Positions 17,447-31,947 of a DNA stretch of 64,000 nt are shown here, in pieces (within the stretch, counting starts at the first letter, position 1; each line of letters opens with the position of its first letter). This stretch comes from Eledone cirrhosa (lineage: Eukaryota). The stretch is taken from assembly GCA_964016885.1 (NCBI GenBank), contig OZ024741.1:120404001-120468000 (forward strand), written 5' to 3'. The translations under genes were made by a program, and so were the position numbers. Under the pieces are notes generated by a model, which worked only from the letters and a program-made list of their open reading frames with translations, did not search any database and was not told the DNA's origin.

Positions 17447-17722
17447 ATGCCAACACAAGAGCAAGAATGAGGGGTTCATTCTACTGACATGGCTTTAAAA
17501 ATGTGGCTTTTTTGCATAATTGCGTACCTTACTTACTGTGGTTACCCCCGACTGAACCCGGAATAACTTATATATATATATATATATATATATAATGTTC
17601 AAAAGTTTAACAAGGTTCATTGATTAATCAATGAATAAAGTTTTACAATAGATTAGAAGCACTCAACAGATGGGTTTTCTGGAGTTATATTAATAAATAT
17701 AGACATTCATGTGATCAAATAT

Positions 17723-17786
17723 ATTTTATTATACATATTTCAGAGGTACTGAGCTATTTCATCAGTACGTCCTCATCAGATAAAAT
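17723..17786 (-). ncRNA. Hammerhead ribozyme motif
   Basis: Inverted copy of 17891-17954. Confidence 0.7.
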
Positions 17787-17890
17787 AAATTGATGCCTGA
17801 CATACCTCAACTGTGCTGATGGTTCAATTCCAGTCTTGGCAGTCTGGAATTGAACCATCAGCACAGTTGAGGTATGTCAGACATCAATTT

Positions 17891-17954
17891 ATTTTATCTG
17901 ATGAGGACATACTGGTGAAATAGCTCAGTACCTCTGAAATATGTATAATAAAAT
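17891..17954 (+). ncRNA. Hammerhead ribozyme motif
   Basis: attttat-CTGATGA-GG..TACTG..CAGTA CC-tct-GAAA-TATGTA-TA-ataaaat. Confidence 0.7.
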
Positions 17955-17997
17955 ATATTTGATCACATGAATGTCTATATTTATTAATATTTTAAAG

Positions 17998-18194
<197 letters not shown>

Positions 18195-18280
18195 GAATTT
18201 TCATTTAGTCCAGAATTAACCATTTTTGAATCTAAATTTGGCGCGGTCGGTTTGAAAAATTAAATGTCTGATTTTGAGTT

Positions 18281-18359
18281 TATCTCCTGATGAAACCTAA
18301 CTCTGGACAATTCACATTATTTGGATGTCCTAAATAAGGAAGAAACCATGGTAGAGATA
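18281..18359 (+). ncRNA. Hammerhead ribozyme motif
   Basis: tatctc-CTGATGA-(48 nt with GGACA/TGTCC)-GAAA-CCATGG-TA-gagata. Confidence 0.75.
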
Positions 18360-18783
18360 TAATTACGGTATGTGCGCATTTCTTCTAAGGTTAATTTTAC
18401 TACTAATTGTGTGTGATTGATAGTATATTTGATCGGATTCTGCATGCTGCCGAAATGTTTGATAAATAATGGAACGGGGCTGCCACGAAGAGGCTGCGAT
18501 CAATTGTTTGTCAGAGATTTCCCCGTAAGAAAATTTATTCTTAAAGCTTGCTAGATTTGATTTTGTATATGGTTAATTATGCTAATTGGAAGAAGAAATA
18601 GTATATATTTTAATATCTGATTGATTCTATAGACATGATTTATGATATAATGCTCTGATTTTTTGATTTTAATTAATTAATTCTTCATTGAGCTTAAAAG
18701 TGAACAGTTGCAACATATATATATCTTTAATTTAATTCTATGTATATGATAACCTCCATATATATATGTATATATATATATAC

Positions 18784-18820
<37 letters not shown>

Positions 18821-18859
18821 CACATATATATATACATATATATATATACATATATATAT

Positions 18860-19358
<499 letters not shown>

Positions 19359-19549
19359 CCTTTTTTTTAAAATACCCAACTGTTCTAAGGATTTCACACA
19401 TTTTCAAATATATATATATATACATTCGGGGATGGTTTGCCGTTAGAATAACTCCGCAAGGAATCACCGAACCAAATCTATCCTCTATTTTCTATTCTCT
19501 GATTGTGTTTGCCCTAATCCTGTTAACTTATATAAGTAATTTTGCAATC

Positions 19550-19626
19550 AACGCCTGATGAAATCGCCTAAGTTTTGCATCATGATTGGATGATGAAATT
19601 GGGCCCATTGAAATATGTATAGCGTT
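19550..19626 (+). ncRNA. Hammerhead ribozyme motif
   Basis: aacgc-CTGATGA-(GCCTAA..CATCAT/ATGATG..TTGGGC)-GAAA-TATGTA-TA-gcgtt. Confidence 0.75.
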
Positions 19627-19803
19627 TTCGCGGCCTTCTGTAGTTTTGAATGAATATTTAACTCCATTTTTGCACCAGCCACGGGAAGCCATATCAACAA
19701 TTAATAATTTGCATAATGGACGTCAAGTGCTTTCATTTAATGCATCGTCGTTTACTAACCGGAATCACCAGTTCTACCCTTTGGTAAACAACATAACATA
19801 AAT

Positions 19804-19875
<72 letters not shown>

Positions 19876-20666
19876 GTGTGTGTGTTGAGTCAATGCTTAA
19901 ATACTATTGTGCTCAAAACATTGAGACGTTAACAAAATGAGCACTCAATATGTGTAAGTAGAGTGTAAGTTTGTTTTCTTTTAAGAGAAACGTAGCAGTG
20001 ACTTCGAAGTTTCACTTTATATTATACATGATCTATGCATATAAGTGTCCTCAACCGTTTAACCCTCCGGATTTCTTTAGCGTTCTGTCGTATTCCGTAA
20101 TGTTTTCGGAATTTCAAACCGAATTATTTATTCTAAGAATGAATTCACCGACTCTCATTCCGTTGTCCATGTCCTATATATCCTCTTAGTTATTTAGTTG
20201 CAGAATTTCCCTTTCAGCCGAATGTCTGTCTGTCCTATACTGGTCTCTCGTCATCCACCAGCGAACCTGTTATAAACGGGGAAATGTTCTTTCATAAATC
20301 TTCGTTAGCAAAGCAAATCCATGATGTCGCTTGTTAATATAGTTTGTTTATTATTTTACAGGTGAAATAAAGCAATATGCTCCGATGTTAAATCCCTGAT
20401 TATATCATCTATTTTACGAAATAAAAATCATTTATGGAAAGAATGTTATTTTGGACAAATATCACGATGATGTGTTATCTCTGATAAGGATTTGTTTCAT
20501 TGGTTTATTATTCCATAGGATTAGTACTGGATTAACCTACCAGCAAGAGTGCCATTTACTATAGGCCCCGTATTTTCAGAAGTCTTAGTACTGCCTTTAA
20601 CCTTTATGTTACTTTTTTTATTTGGACCCCATTATAATATATGCTACACTAACTCACGGGATTAAA

Positions 20667-20954
20667 ATGAGTTCGTCTCCAAAAGCACCCATGTTGAGCG
20701 GTATCAGCCAGCAAAAAGACTCTTTGGTAGGAATACTCCCGAAAAACCTTCATTCCGTCAAAGAACTGCGAGAATACGACATGGAAAGGTTCTTCAATAG
20801 TGTGACCACTGATTGGATGTTATCAACAGATGAATGCCGTTTGAGCACTTCAACTCCAGTCGGTCTTATTGGAGGTTCGTCTCTCAAGGACTACAGATAC
20901 TGTTTCCTGCTGTTGGAAGAGGATAGCACCATAAAACCTCTTGACTATAGAGAG
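20667..20954 (+). CDS. ANKAR: ANKAR coding exon 1 (start codon tentative)
   Basis: MSSSPK...WMLSTDE...PLDYRE then GTAAGT donor, phase 0, joining the next exon. Confidence 0.8.
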
Positions 20955-21942
20955 GTAAGTCTATGTCTAGTTTTCTTCTTTACTTTAACGTTTTTGATAA
21001 CAAACCACATGGAATCGCTATGATACAAAGTGTTTATATTTATCTAAAAGCCTTCGATCATAATTTTATGTAAGAACCATTGTTAAGTTATGTTCCAAAC
21101 ACCAGCTATAAAATGGTAAAGTCAATTATATCAGAAGCAGTCTTTTTCAATAGAAATATGGTATTGAAAGGGTTAAAGTGTTATCTAATAACTTTCCATC
21201 ATACTTTTTATATACTCAAAACATCAGCTTAATAATGAGAAAATTTGTGATAGTACTAAATAATGAGAAAATTTGTGATAGTACTAAATCCCTCCAAATT
21301 ATTGATTATTTTCAAAACTATTTGAAATCATGGGCAGTAGCTTTCATTAGAAATATGGTGGCAAAGTTAATTTCTTTCCTTTCTGTTATATTTTTGTACT
21401 TTGTAGAGTTATTATTTAGCAGTGGATCGGCTAGTACAGTGATGTACAACCAGGTTTGTTTTCAGAAGGTGATCCACAAAATTCATGTATATGTGACTAC
21501 TTCATATATAAGGGTGTGTGTGTGTGTGTGTTCTGGTTTTATAATTTTATAAATTTTTTACCAATAAAGAGAGAGTCAGTTTCTAACATAGACACAAGAC
21601 TCTTTCATTGGAATTTAGACAAAGTCAACTAGGTAGATATGTATGCATGTCTGCATGCGTGTGTGTGTGTGTGCAGTATGGATGTTATTGTACGTGTGGA
21701 TGTGGCTGTTTTGAGTTATATGTGTGCATGTATCTGTATATGTGTACATGCAGAATTAGACATAACCCTACGATGGACTGGCGTCCTGTCCAGGGGGGAG
21801 TCTTAACTCTCAGTCGCTTCACGCCATGAAACCGGGATAAGCACCGGCCAAATGAGCCTTCTGGCTTAAGACAGACTTTAGACGTAGATGTTTTCCATAT
21901 TGCTGTAACTTTTAATATGTTCATTGTCGGGGCTACCTTTTC

Positions 21943-22141
21943 TACTTTGGGAGGGTCATGTTGCCAATAAAGACACACGCACCTGTTGGTTTTCACTTCA
22001 ATTTATTATAAATTTCCTGTTGATTGGTTGGTTCGATAACCGTAAAGTTGTTGATATATTCCAACCGGAAACTTCTAATAAATTGAAGTGAAAACCAACA
22101 GGTGCGTGTGTCTTTATTGGCAACATGACCCTCCCAAAGTA
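21943..22141. repeat. Fold-back of pLTR tails (~80-bp arms)
   Basis: Same tail family as ~25930-26060 and 59448-59580. Confidence 0.85.
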
Positions 22142-22267
22142 TAACAATATCTGTTTCAACACATGTTTTCAGATAAGAAATCTCGCAAAACAAATTCAAA
22201 ACCGAATTATATATATATATATATATAGTGAAAACTGGAACGAGAACGAAAACAGAGAGGCAGTACA

Positions 22268-22605
<338 letters not shown>

Positions 22606-22621
22606 TGTCTTTAATTTGTAG

Positions 22622-22928
22622 ATCCATCAAATGATTCGTGAATTAACCAATGGAATCTATGCCTTGAACCAAACACCGACAGTGTCTTTAGAAACAAACT
22701 ACGACCAAACATCGTCATGTTATCTTCCTTCCGCTTACGACAATACCAAAGTCGGACAGCTTTTTATTGAAGTCGATTACATGCTTAAGTCTCTCTGGCA
22801 TGGCGTTTATCTCCCTAAAGATAAAAGACAGAAGTTTCTCGAAAAATGGCGAGCCAATTTCAAGGCCAATAGTTATGGTGCTAAATCTGAAGATAAAAAA
22901 CTGATTCCTTCAGAATTTACTGGTATAG
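22622..22928 (+). CDS. ANKAR: ANKAR coding exon 2
   Basis: IHQMIRELTNGIYALNQTPTVSLETNYDQTSSCYLPSAY...DYMLKSLWHG resembles the ANKAR N-terminus as I recall it; AG/GT boundaries, phase 0 to 1. Confidence 0.92.
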
Positions 22929-23723
22929 GTTAGTGAAATTCTTTTTTTATATTTTTTTTATATTCAAGAGAACGTATAAGTGATTAATTAATTTTATATG
23001 TTGTGTGGTATTAATCCTATTCCAGCACTGAGATAGAAAGCTGGTCAAAGCCGTGACACTGATGACTATCTTGTCTTTTTTTGTGTTTTTAAGACATGAT
23101 GAAACCAGAGCTATAATAAGAGGATAAGGTGTGATTAGAGGGTTATGAAAATTGGCTGCTATCTCTAGCAATGCAAATAATCACATTATAACAGGAATAT
23201 TCATTCCTTCTATATTAATTTACTCAGAAGCTATTAAATAACATTAATATTTACCAATAAATGTCCATAAGACCATCACAAGTCCGAAAATGTAAATTAT
23301 TACACACTGATACACATATACTACTCACCAAATTAATGTTATAGTTATAGAGCAAGTTTCATAATGTTTATTAATTGAAGTTACAAAAATTATAAAAGTA
23401 ATATTAATAGAATATATTAAGAAAGACAATATAAAAATTATGGAAGCTTAATCCAGTAATAATATATCAATAACTAAGAGGTCTAGTTACTGAAAAACTT
23501 ATATCTTAAATTATATTAATAGAGGCGATTGACTATTTTTCTTCAATCAATTAAATGATTTAATTTAATCCTGATAATTTTTATTCATATATATGTGTGT
23601 GTGTGTATACTACCAAAATTAAATTAAAGATGCCATATCTGAGAATATCAGAAGCATGCGCCATATCACCCGTGGAATAAGCTCAAAGATTACAAGTAAT
23701 AAATCCGAGCAGCTATCAACATA

Positions 23724-23808
23724 AAATTAAAAGTCGATTGCCATATATATCTAAAATAAACACATGATGTGTTTATTTTAGATATATATGGCAATCGACT
23801 TTTAATTT
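23724..23808. repeat. Perfect palindrome, 42-bp arms
   Basis: Centre at G23766. Confidence 0.9.
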
Positions 23809-23832
23809 AATGTAATATATATATATTTAATG

Positions 23833-23929
<97 letters not shown>

Positions 23930-24098
23930 CAAATTTAATATAGAAATGGGTTCCTTCTACGGGACTAGAACTGTTTCATTCGAGGGAAAACATCAAGAAA
24001 TCGTTCCTCTTTACTAAGTAATGGGAACTAAACAAACAGTCGACATAAACACAGGAAGGCACACACACATAAACCACAAACACACACACACACTCGCG

Positions 24099-24129
<31 letters not shown>

Positions 24130-24180
24130 TTGCGAGGTTTTTTATATGAAATCGTGTGTCGAAACAGATATTGTTATATT

Positions 24181-24411
24181 TGGGGAGGGTCATATTTGCG
24201 TAATATTGCCAGAATTAATAACAGAACACACTCACTGTTTGGTTGGTTTTCGCTTCTCGCTGTCTTTTATATATATATATCTGCGATCTAACTTACTCGT
24301 AAGTTAGATCGCAGATATATATATATAAAAGACAGCGAGAAGCGAAAACCAACCAAACAGTGAGTGTGTTCTGTTATTAATTCTGGCAATATTACGCAAA
24401 TATGACCCTCC

Positions 24412-24414
<3 letters not shown>
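24181..24414. repeat. Perfect palindrome of pLTR tails, 116-bp arms, 2-nt spacer
   Basis: Centre 24297.5; arms match the 3000-3090 and 13775-13870 tails. Confidence 0.92.
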
Positions 24415-24474
<60 letters not shown>

Positions 24475-24675
24475 TATGTACACGTACATACATATATGTA
24501 TACAGACGTACAGTAGTATGTATATATATATACATACATGCACACATATATATATGTACGTATGGATTCACCGAACATTTATTATAATGCTCGGTGTGTT
24601 TGTAAACAAACATCCCGTATTAAGCCGTAGTGTCCAGCAACCATCGTTGCTCGTTTGTTCAACACTGACAAAGGA

Positions 24676-24718
24676 ACACTGTACTAGTTTCAAGCTTATT
24701 AGCTATCGTCAGCAACGT
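24676..24718 (-). ncRNA. Minimal hammerhead motif
   Basis: Inverted copy of 25055-25097. Confidence 0.8.
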
Positions 24719-25054
24719 ATACCTTCCTGCCAGATTGTTGAACGTATATACTTACCTTATGCATATTAACGGCTGAGTAGCCCAATTTGCATATCGAGTG
24801 GGTTAATATATGTGTGCATGTATGTATATATATATACATACTACTGTACGTCTGTAAATATATATGTATGTACGTGTACATACTTATATTTAAGTACAGC
24901 CGTAAGAGTGGGAAATGAAATTTCGTTTCATTTTTTCCGTTTATCGTTTTCGGTGCACCCGGCCGAATAACCCACTCGATATGCAAATTGGGCTACTCAG
25001 CCATTAATATGCATAAGGTAAGTATATACGTTCAACAATCTGGCAGGAAGGTAT

Positions 25055-25097
25055 ACGTTGCTGACGATAGCTAATAAGCTTGAAACTAGTACAGCGT
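25055..25097 (+). ncRNA. Minimal hammerhead motif
   Basis: acgttg-CTGACGA-t-AGCT aata AGCT-t-GAAA-CTAG-TA-cagcgt. Confidence 0.8.
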
Positions 25098-25453
25098 TCC
25101 TTTGTCAGTGTTGAACAAACGAGCAACGATGGTTGCTGGACACTACGGCTTAATACGGGATGTTTGTTTACAAACACACCCAGCATTATAATAAATGTTC
25201 GGTGAATTCATACGTACATATATATATGTGTGCATGTATGTATATATATATATATATATATATATGTAGATAAATCTACCAAGAGTTTACGGTAGTGTCC
25301 AATCCGTATGAAGAACTCAATGTATTCCGGATATCATGGAAAGAAGAGATGTAATGAAAAACCACTTTCGGTGAAAGATAAACGGTATACAGAGTCAAGA
25401 TAAAATATTAAACAAATAATGAATAAACAATTCCTTATATTAAACAAAAAAAG

Positions 25454-25608
25454 TTCATTATTTAACGATCGTTTCTAGGGCATATATGTGTTATAATTGG
25501 TATGCATATTCAACAGATCTATGTACAAAATTATACAAAATTATACAAATTATCAAGATTAAATATACATACCTAACACATATATACGCCGTCTTCAGAA
25601 ATAATGAA
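25454..25608 (-). ncRNA. Hammerhead motif, very long stem II
   Basis: Inverted copy of 28968-29122. Confidence 0.7.
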
Positions 25609-26084
25609 GTATATTTATTGATAATAACAACAATTCAAAATTTCAGTTCAAAATTGACCAATGAAAACACAAAGGGTTAAAAGCAGTTCGGTGTGTGTAT
25701 ATACATGTAAAATCCTTACACATATTTTACAAAAATGTATGTATAACTTGTATACGCATACTAAAAAGATGGATGCAAACACAAAATTTCAAGGTTAATA
25801 TCTCTGTAAGCTTAAAATGCGCTGATAAGATGCGCATTGATACTTATGGAGTCAAGCATATAAATATATTTCGTTTCTGAATTTGTTTAGCAAGATTCTT
25901 TATCTGAAATCGTGTGTTGAAACCGATATTGTTATACTTTGGGAGGGTCATGTTGCCAATAAGAAACACACGCACCAGTTGCTTTCACTTCAATTTAATT
26001 TAATATATATTTATAAATTTACAAATTTATAAATTTCTGGTTGGTTGGTTGGTTCCACAACCAGATAGTTGTTTATATATATAT

Positions 26085-26129
26085 AGTCATAGTTCTTTCG
26101 TCACACACTCTGTGACCTCTTCAGTGACT
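26085..26129 (-). ncRNA. Minimal hammerhead motif in pLTR
   Basis: Minus strand: agtca-CTGAAGA-g-GTCACA gagtg TGTGAC-GAAA-gaac-TA-tgact. Confidence 0.75.
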
Positions 26130-26735
26130 GGGGATTTCTTTCTTCGTTTCTGTGCCTTTCCTTTCTTCTATCCTACGCCATTTTTCATACTCACACATAT
26201 CAGTACAATCACACATACACGCGCGTATATGCATAAATATACACATAACCACGAACATATAAACACACACACACCCCCACTCACATTTATATATGTGGAT
26301 ATAAAATCATAAGCACATGGATATTAAATCACTCACATAAAACACTGGCACACACATTTCAAGATCAAGATACAGAAATTAGGTGGGAGGGGGGGGAGGG
26401 GTCAGTATTCAATTGTCTGAGCAGACTGCCTAATATAAATGTATCTATAAATTAAGAAAAATAAAAAAATAAAACAATAAAATATAATAAATATAATATA
26501 ATATACATACACATACAGATATATACACATACATACATGTACTCGCACATAGAAATATTTACGCATACACACATACACACATACATATACAGTCATACAC
26601 ACACATACACTTACACGAACATACACATACACATATATAAAGATATATATATACACACACACACACACGCAACACATACACACATACACATATATATAAA
26701 AAATAAATAATAAAGATATATATCCATATATATAT

Positions 26736-26786
<51 letters not shown>

Positions 26787-26865
26787 CATACACATACATC
26801 TAAATATACCTACACATACATACACACATACATATACATACATGTACATACATATACGCACATCG

Positions 26866-26914
<49 letters not shown>

Positions 26915-27689
26915 TAGACATATAGATACATACACACACAACTTACATACACACATATATATATATAGATGTACATTCATACATATAATTAGATATATAA
27001 TCATACATACATATGCACCTACTTATACTCATATATATAAATACATACGCTTCCATATATGTGTATATACATAAAAAACACTACAACCTCACCTAACTCA
27101 GACATACAAATAAAAATAATAATAAAAAGGCATATGTATATACATACACACACGCATTAATAGAGATATATATATATACACACATACATACACATATATA
27201 TATATACATATATATACACATACATATATATATACATATATATATACACACACATACACTCATACATATATATATATATATATATAAACATATATATCCA
27301 CACACTCATACCACCATAAATACACATACAAACACCCACATATATATATATATATATATACACACGTATATATACATATATATATATATATATATACACA
27401 CACATAAAAAACAGACATGCACATATATATATATATTTTTTTTTACACTTATATATACACATATTATATACACATACACAACCTCACTTATACACATATA
27501 CACATAAGTTATATAATAATAAAGAATAATATACATATATATATATACATATACATATATATATATATATATATACATACATACATACACATACATACAT
27601 ACACATAAACATATACATACATAAATACACACATACGAATAAAGACATATATTCACACATAGACACCTATATATATATATATATATATC

Positions 27690-27741
<52 letters not shown>

Positions 27742-27982
27742 GACACATATACACACTCACATATATATATGTGTATGTGTGTGTGCGCACATACACATAT
27801 ATACACACACCCATACAAACACATACAAACACATACATATGCATACGTGCACACACACACACATATATCACATAGATACGAAGATAAACATATAAATAGA
27901 GAGACATACATATATATACAACACACATCTATATATATATATGTGTGTATGTAAGTTGTGTGTGTATGTATCTATATGTCTA

Positions 27983-28029
<47 letters not shown>

Positions 28030-28108
28030 CGATGTGCGTATATGTATGTACATGTATGTATATGTATGTGTGTATGTATGTGTAGGTATATTTAGATGTA
28101 TGTGTATG

Positions 28109-28151
<43 letters not shown>

Positions 28152-28967
28152 ATATATATATGGATATATATCTTTATTATTTATTTTTTATATATATGTG
28201 TATGTGTGTATGTGTTGCGTGTGTGTGTGTGTGTATATATATATCTTTATATATGTGTATGTGTATGTTCGTGTAAGTGTATGTGTGTGTATGACTGTAT
28301 ATGTATGTGTGTATGTGTGTATGCGTAAATATTTCTATGTGCGAGTACATGTATGTATGTGTATATATCTGTATGTGTATGTATATTATATTATATTTAT
28401 TATATTTTATTGTTTTATTTTTTTATTTTTCTTAATTTATAGATACATTTATATTAGGCAGTCTGCTCAGACAATTGAATACTGACCCCTCCCCCCCCTC
28501 CCACCTAATTTCTGTATCTTGATCTTGAAATGTGTGTGCCAGTGTTTTATGTGAGTGATTTAATATCCATGTGCTTATGATTTTATATCCACATATATAA
28601 ATGTGAGTGGGGGTGTGTGTGTGTTTATATGTTCGTGGTTATGTGTATATTTATGCATATACGCGCGTGTATGTGTGATTGTACTGATATGTGTGAGTAT
28701 GAAAAAATATATTTATATGCTTGACTCCATAAGTATCAATGCGCATCTTATCAGCGCATTTTAAGCTTACAGAGATATTAACCTTGAAATTTTGTGTTTG
28801 CATCCATCTTTTTAGTATGCGTATACAAGTTATACATACATTTTTGTAAAATATGTGTAAGGATTTTACATGTATATACACACACCGAACTGCTTTTAAC
28901 CCTTTGTGTTTTCATTGGTCAATTTTGAACTGAAATTTTGAATTGTTGTTATTATCAATAAATATAC

Positions 28968-29122
28968 TTCATTATTTCTGAAGACGGCGTATATATGTGT
29001 TAGGTATGTATATTTAATCTTGATAATTTGTATAATTTTGTATAATTTTGTACATAGATCTGTTGAATATGCATACCAATTATAACACATATATGCCCTA
29101 GAAACGATCGTTAAATAATGAA
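28968..29122 (+). ncRNA. Hammerhead motif, very long stem II
   Basis: ttcattattt-CTGAAGA-c-GGCGTATATATGTGTTA...TAACACATATATGCC-cta-GAAA-CGATCG-TT-aaataatgaa; 10-bp stem I. Confidence 0.7.
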
Positions 29123-29167
29123 CTTTTTTTGTTTAATATAAGGAATTGTTTATTCATTATTTGTTTA

Positions 29168-29209
<42 letters not shown>

Positions 29210-29932
29210 CTACTGTACGTCTGTATACATATATGTATGTACGTGTACATACTTATATTTAAGTAACAGCCGTACTAAGAGTGGGAAATGAAATTTCGTT
29301 TCATTTTTTCCGTTTATATATATATATATATATATATATAATTACAAGGAACGTAGCGGGCTGTGTGGCTACTGTAACCACACAGGTTATATATATGCAT
29401 TTAGACATGATGCGTCAAATAAAATCGTAATTGAGAATATGCACAGAAGTTGAAGAGAGACTGTGTTACACTCTCTTCTGCAAGCAGTAAAGTAATCCAT
29501 GATACATTTTAAAAAAACGATATTATATATAAACTGTATTAGGAGAAAATTAGCGACGGTAATATAAACCTTATATAACGATGCAAATATATGAACGTTT
29601 ATATAAGCGATATAATAAGTGTTATAATATAACGGACGCTAACCGGAAGTATTGACATTTGAAACTTTTAAAGAAGTGAATCCTAAAATAAGCAATAAAA
29701 TTATTTATATTTAATCAAGAGTTACAAAATTTAGTGCATAAATTATGTAATATTCATTCATTATTTATTCAAAGTAATCCAACTTATTTTACAAACGGGA
29801 TTAAAAAAATATATATTCAGGACGCAGTTCCGCACTCCTCCCTTTATTATATGATGATAGTTGATAAGTCACATACTAAATGTGAGACTTATAAACGAGC
29901 ATATACAATGTATATATTTACATATTTCTTAG

Positions 29933-30352
29933 GTATGGTCGACCTCATGAAAGATCCTGAATATACTGAAGTATATCCGAAATCCACACTTGACACTTTA
30001 TCGTCCAACTCTCGAACATTCTCAGTGCTCAGCGACTTCTTGAGTATGCAGATGCTGCTTGGTCAACGGTCTATCAGACATCACGAAGAACTCTTTGTGG
30101 TAAATGCTAGCTGGTCTATTACCAGTAAAGTAGTACTTAGTAATGACAAAGCAGACCCTGAGACTTTGGCGTCGTTAAATATTTACCTCGAACAGCAAGC
30201 CGACATCGTCAGCCGAGCGTTACAAATAAAAGCAAATATGAGGCGTAATCTTATCATGTTAAAACTGGTCTCTTTTCTGGCTACATTTTTTATCGGAATG
30301 AGAAAACGTATGAGAATACCAGATAAAGATCGTTTACTCAAACCATATCCAG
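29933..30352 (+). CDS. ANKAR: ANKAR coding exon 3
   Basis: (G)MVDLMKDPEY...LKLVSFLATFFIGMRKRMRIP..LLKPYP; AG/GT boundaries, phase 1 to 1. Confidence 0.88.
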
Positions 30353-30659
30353 GTAAGAAAATATCATTTATTTTTCTCAGGTTTGAACTTTTTCGAAATT
30401 GAATCCATATAAATTTCTGTTGAATAAATAGTTTGTGATATTCAAGCAAACAAGATATTACACATACTCAAGATTCAGTTCTGTATACCTTGGGAGTAGG
30501 CAGAATTTGGTTTAGTTTTAATTTTGTTTGTTGTTTTGTTTTGTTTGTTTTGTTTGTTTTTTTTTGTTATTGAAAGTATGTTACGTAATAAAGCGGGGAA
30601 TTGGCAGTGTCGTTAAAACATCGGTTAGAATGTTTTGCGTGCGATATTCGCTGAGAAGA

Positions 30660-31000
30660 TAGAGTTAATATAATTGTTTCTACTTTTGGAACAAGGCCAG
30701 CAATTATCCAGTGCATTACTGGTACTTTATTTTATCGACCTCGTAAGGATGAAAGGCAAAGTTAACCTCGGATATAGAGTTAATATAATTGTTTCTACTT
30801 TTGGCACAAGGCCAGCAATTATCCCAGTGCATTACTGGTACTTTATTTTATCGACCTCGTAAGGATGAAAGGCAAAGTTAACCTCGGCAGGATTTGAACT
30901 CAGAACGTAAAGAGGCGTAACTCTATTAGATAGAGTTAATATAATTGTTTCTACTTTTTGGCACAAAGCCAGCAATTATCCCAGTGTATTACTAAATACT
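30660..31000 (-). mobile_element. Tandem SINE 3' fragments
   Basis: Reverse complements of the 8188-8525 SINE. Confidence 0.75.
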
Positions 31001-31010
31001 GAGAAGATAG

Positions 31011-31216
31011 AGTTAATATAATGAATGATGTGCTCATACACGGAGATGCTATAAAATAGCTTATAAAATAGGGTGAAGACCCTTAAAAGACAGGCAAAGA
31101 GGTTGCCATCGGCCACTATGGCAACTTCTTTTCCTGTCTTTTAAGGGTCTTAACTCTATTTTATAAACTATTTTAAAGCATCTCCGCGCATGACCACATC
31201 ATTCGTTATATTAACT
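31011..31216. repeat. Imperfect palindrome, ~99-bp arms
   Basis: Centre 31113.5. Confidence 0.85.
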
Positions 31217-31318
31217 TAATTTTAAAAGTTTAAATCCTTGAGTTAATACAAACTAAGTACCACTCATATATTGCAATCACACTTTTTCCCCAACATATAT
31301 TTATTGTTCTCACTCTAG

Positions 31319-31423
31319 CTGATGAATGTCGAACGGAAACAGATTTACCTCCCCTTATGCTGCCTCCCGATTGCACGTTTTCCTTCTTCAATTCTGAAGG
31401 ACCTTATTTCCACCTTCACGGGG
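31319..31423 (+). CDS. ANKAR: ANKAR coding exon 4 (frame absent from the ORF track)
   Basis: (A)DECRTETDLPPLMLPPDCTFSFFNSEGPYFHLHG; TAG acceptor, GTAAGT donor, phase 1 to 1. Confidence 0.88.
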
Positions 31424-31875
31424 GTAAGTAGTAGATTGCTTTATATTCTAAATACTCAATCAATTTGTCTTATTCAATGGGAATGGGAATCATTCAAATC
31501 CATAGAGTTCCGAATACATTCGTGTTTAATCCTTAGGACTCTCCTGTAATCTAAACTTTCAAATAAACTGATCTATCTAACTGGAATGTGGGGACAGAGT
31601 ATGGCCGAATGTGCATAGCCGGATGGTTAAGAATTTCGCGTCGCAATTATTAGGCCCCGAGTTCGATTCTACTGCGTGGCAAAGAACCAAAACGTAAAGA
31701 TTGAGGTCCGTCGTCGTGCATCGTTCATCAGCGTCACACACAGCTTACAAACCTCTGGAGATTACGGGAGAATTAAAACAAACTTCTCTCCCCTACCCCT
31801 AAAATACAATGTTACTTGGGCGGGGATGGAATGGGCACCCGGTGGCTTCGACAATAGGTGTTCCAGTTGTTTTAT

Positions 31876-31947
<72 letters not shown>

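Larger units (their letters stand above)
17687..17990. repeat. Palindrome, 147-bp arms, 10-nt loop, one HHR in each arm
   Basis: Centre 17838.5; related to the termini of 51869-55946. Confidence 0.92.
24471..25250. repeat. Nested inverted repeats carrying an HHR pair
   Basis: ~24520-24805 / 24968-25250 and 24471-24550 / 24806-24886. Confidence 0.85.
25400..29176. repeat. Large inverted repeat (25400-26972 / 27925-29176) with HHRs at the outer ends
   Basis: Near-identical arms; the left arm has ~310 extra bp (25872-26180). Confidence 0.9.

Noticed and set aside
20340-20666. Candidate splice acceptors for a 5' UTR (TTTTACAG at 20361, CCATAG near 20518)
   Set aside because: Cannot choose between them without transcript data
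30660-31000. Repeated units resembling a CRISPR array
   Set aside because: Tandem SINE fragments in eukaryotic DNA; no unique spacers or cas genes
31322-31549. 75-aa ORF from the track
   Set aside because: Wrong frame; the real exon 4 uses another frame at 31319-31423
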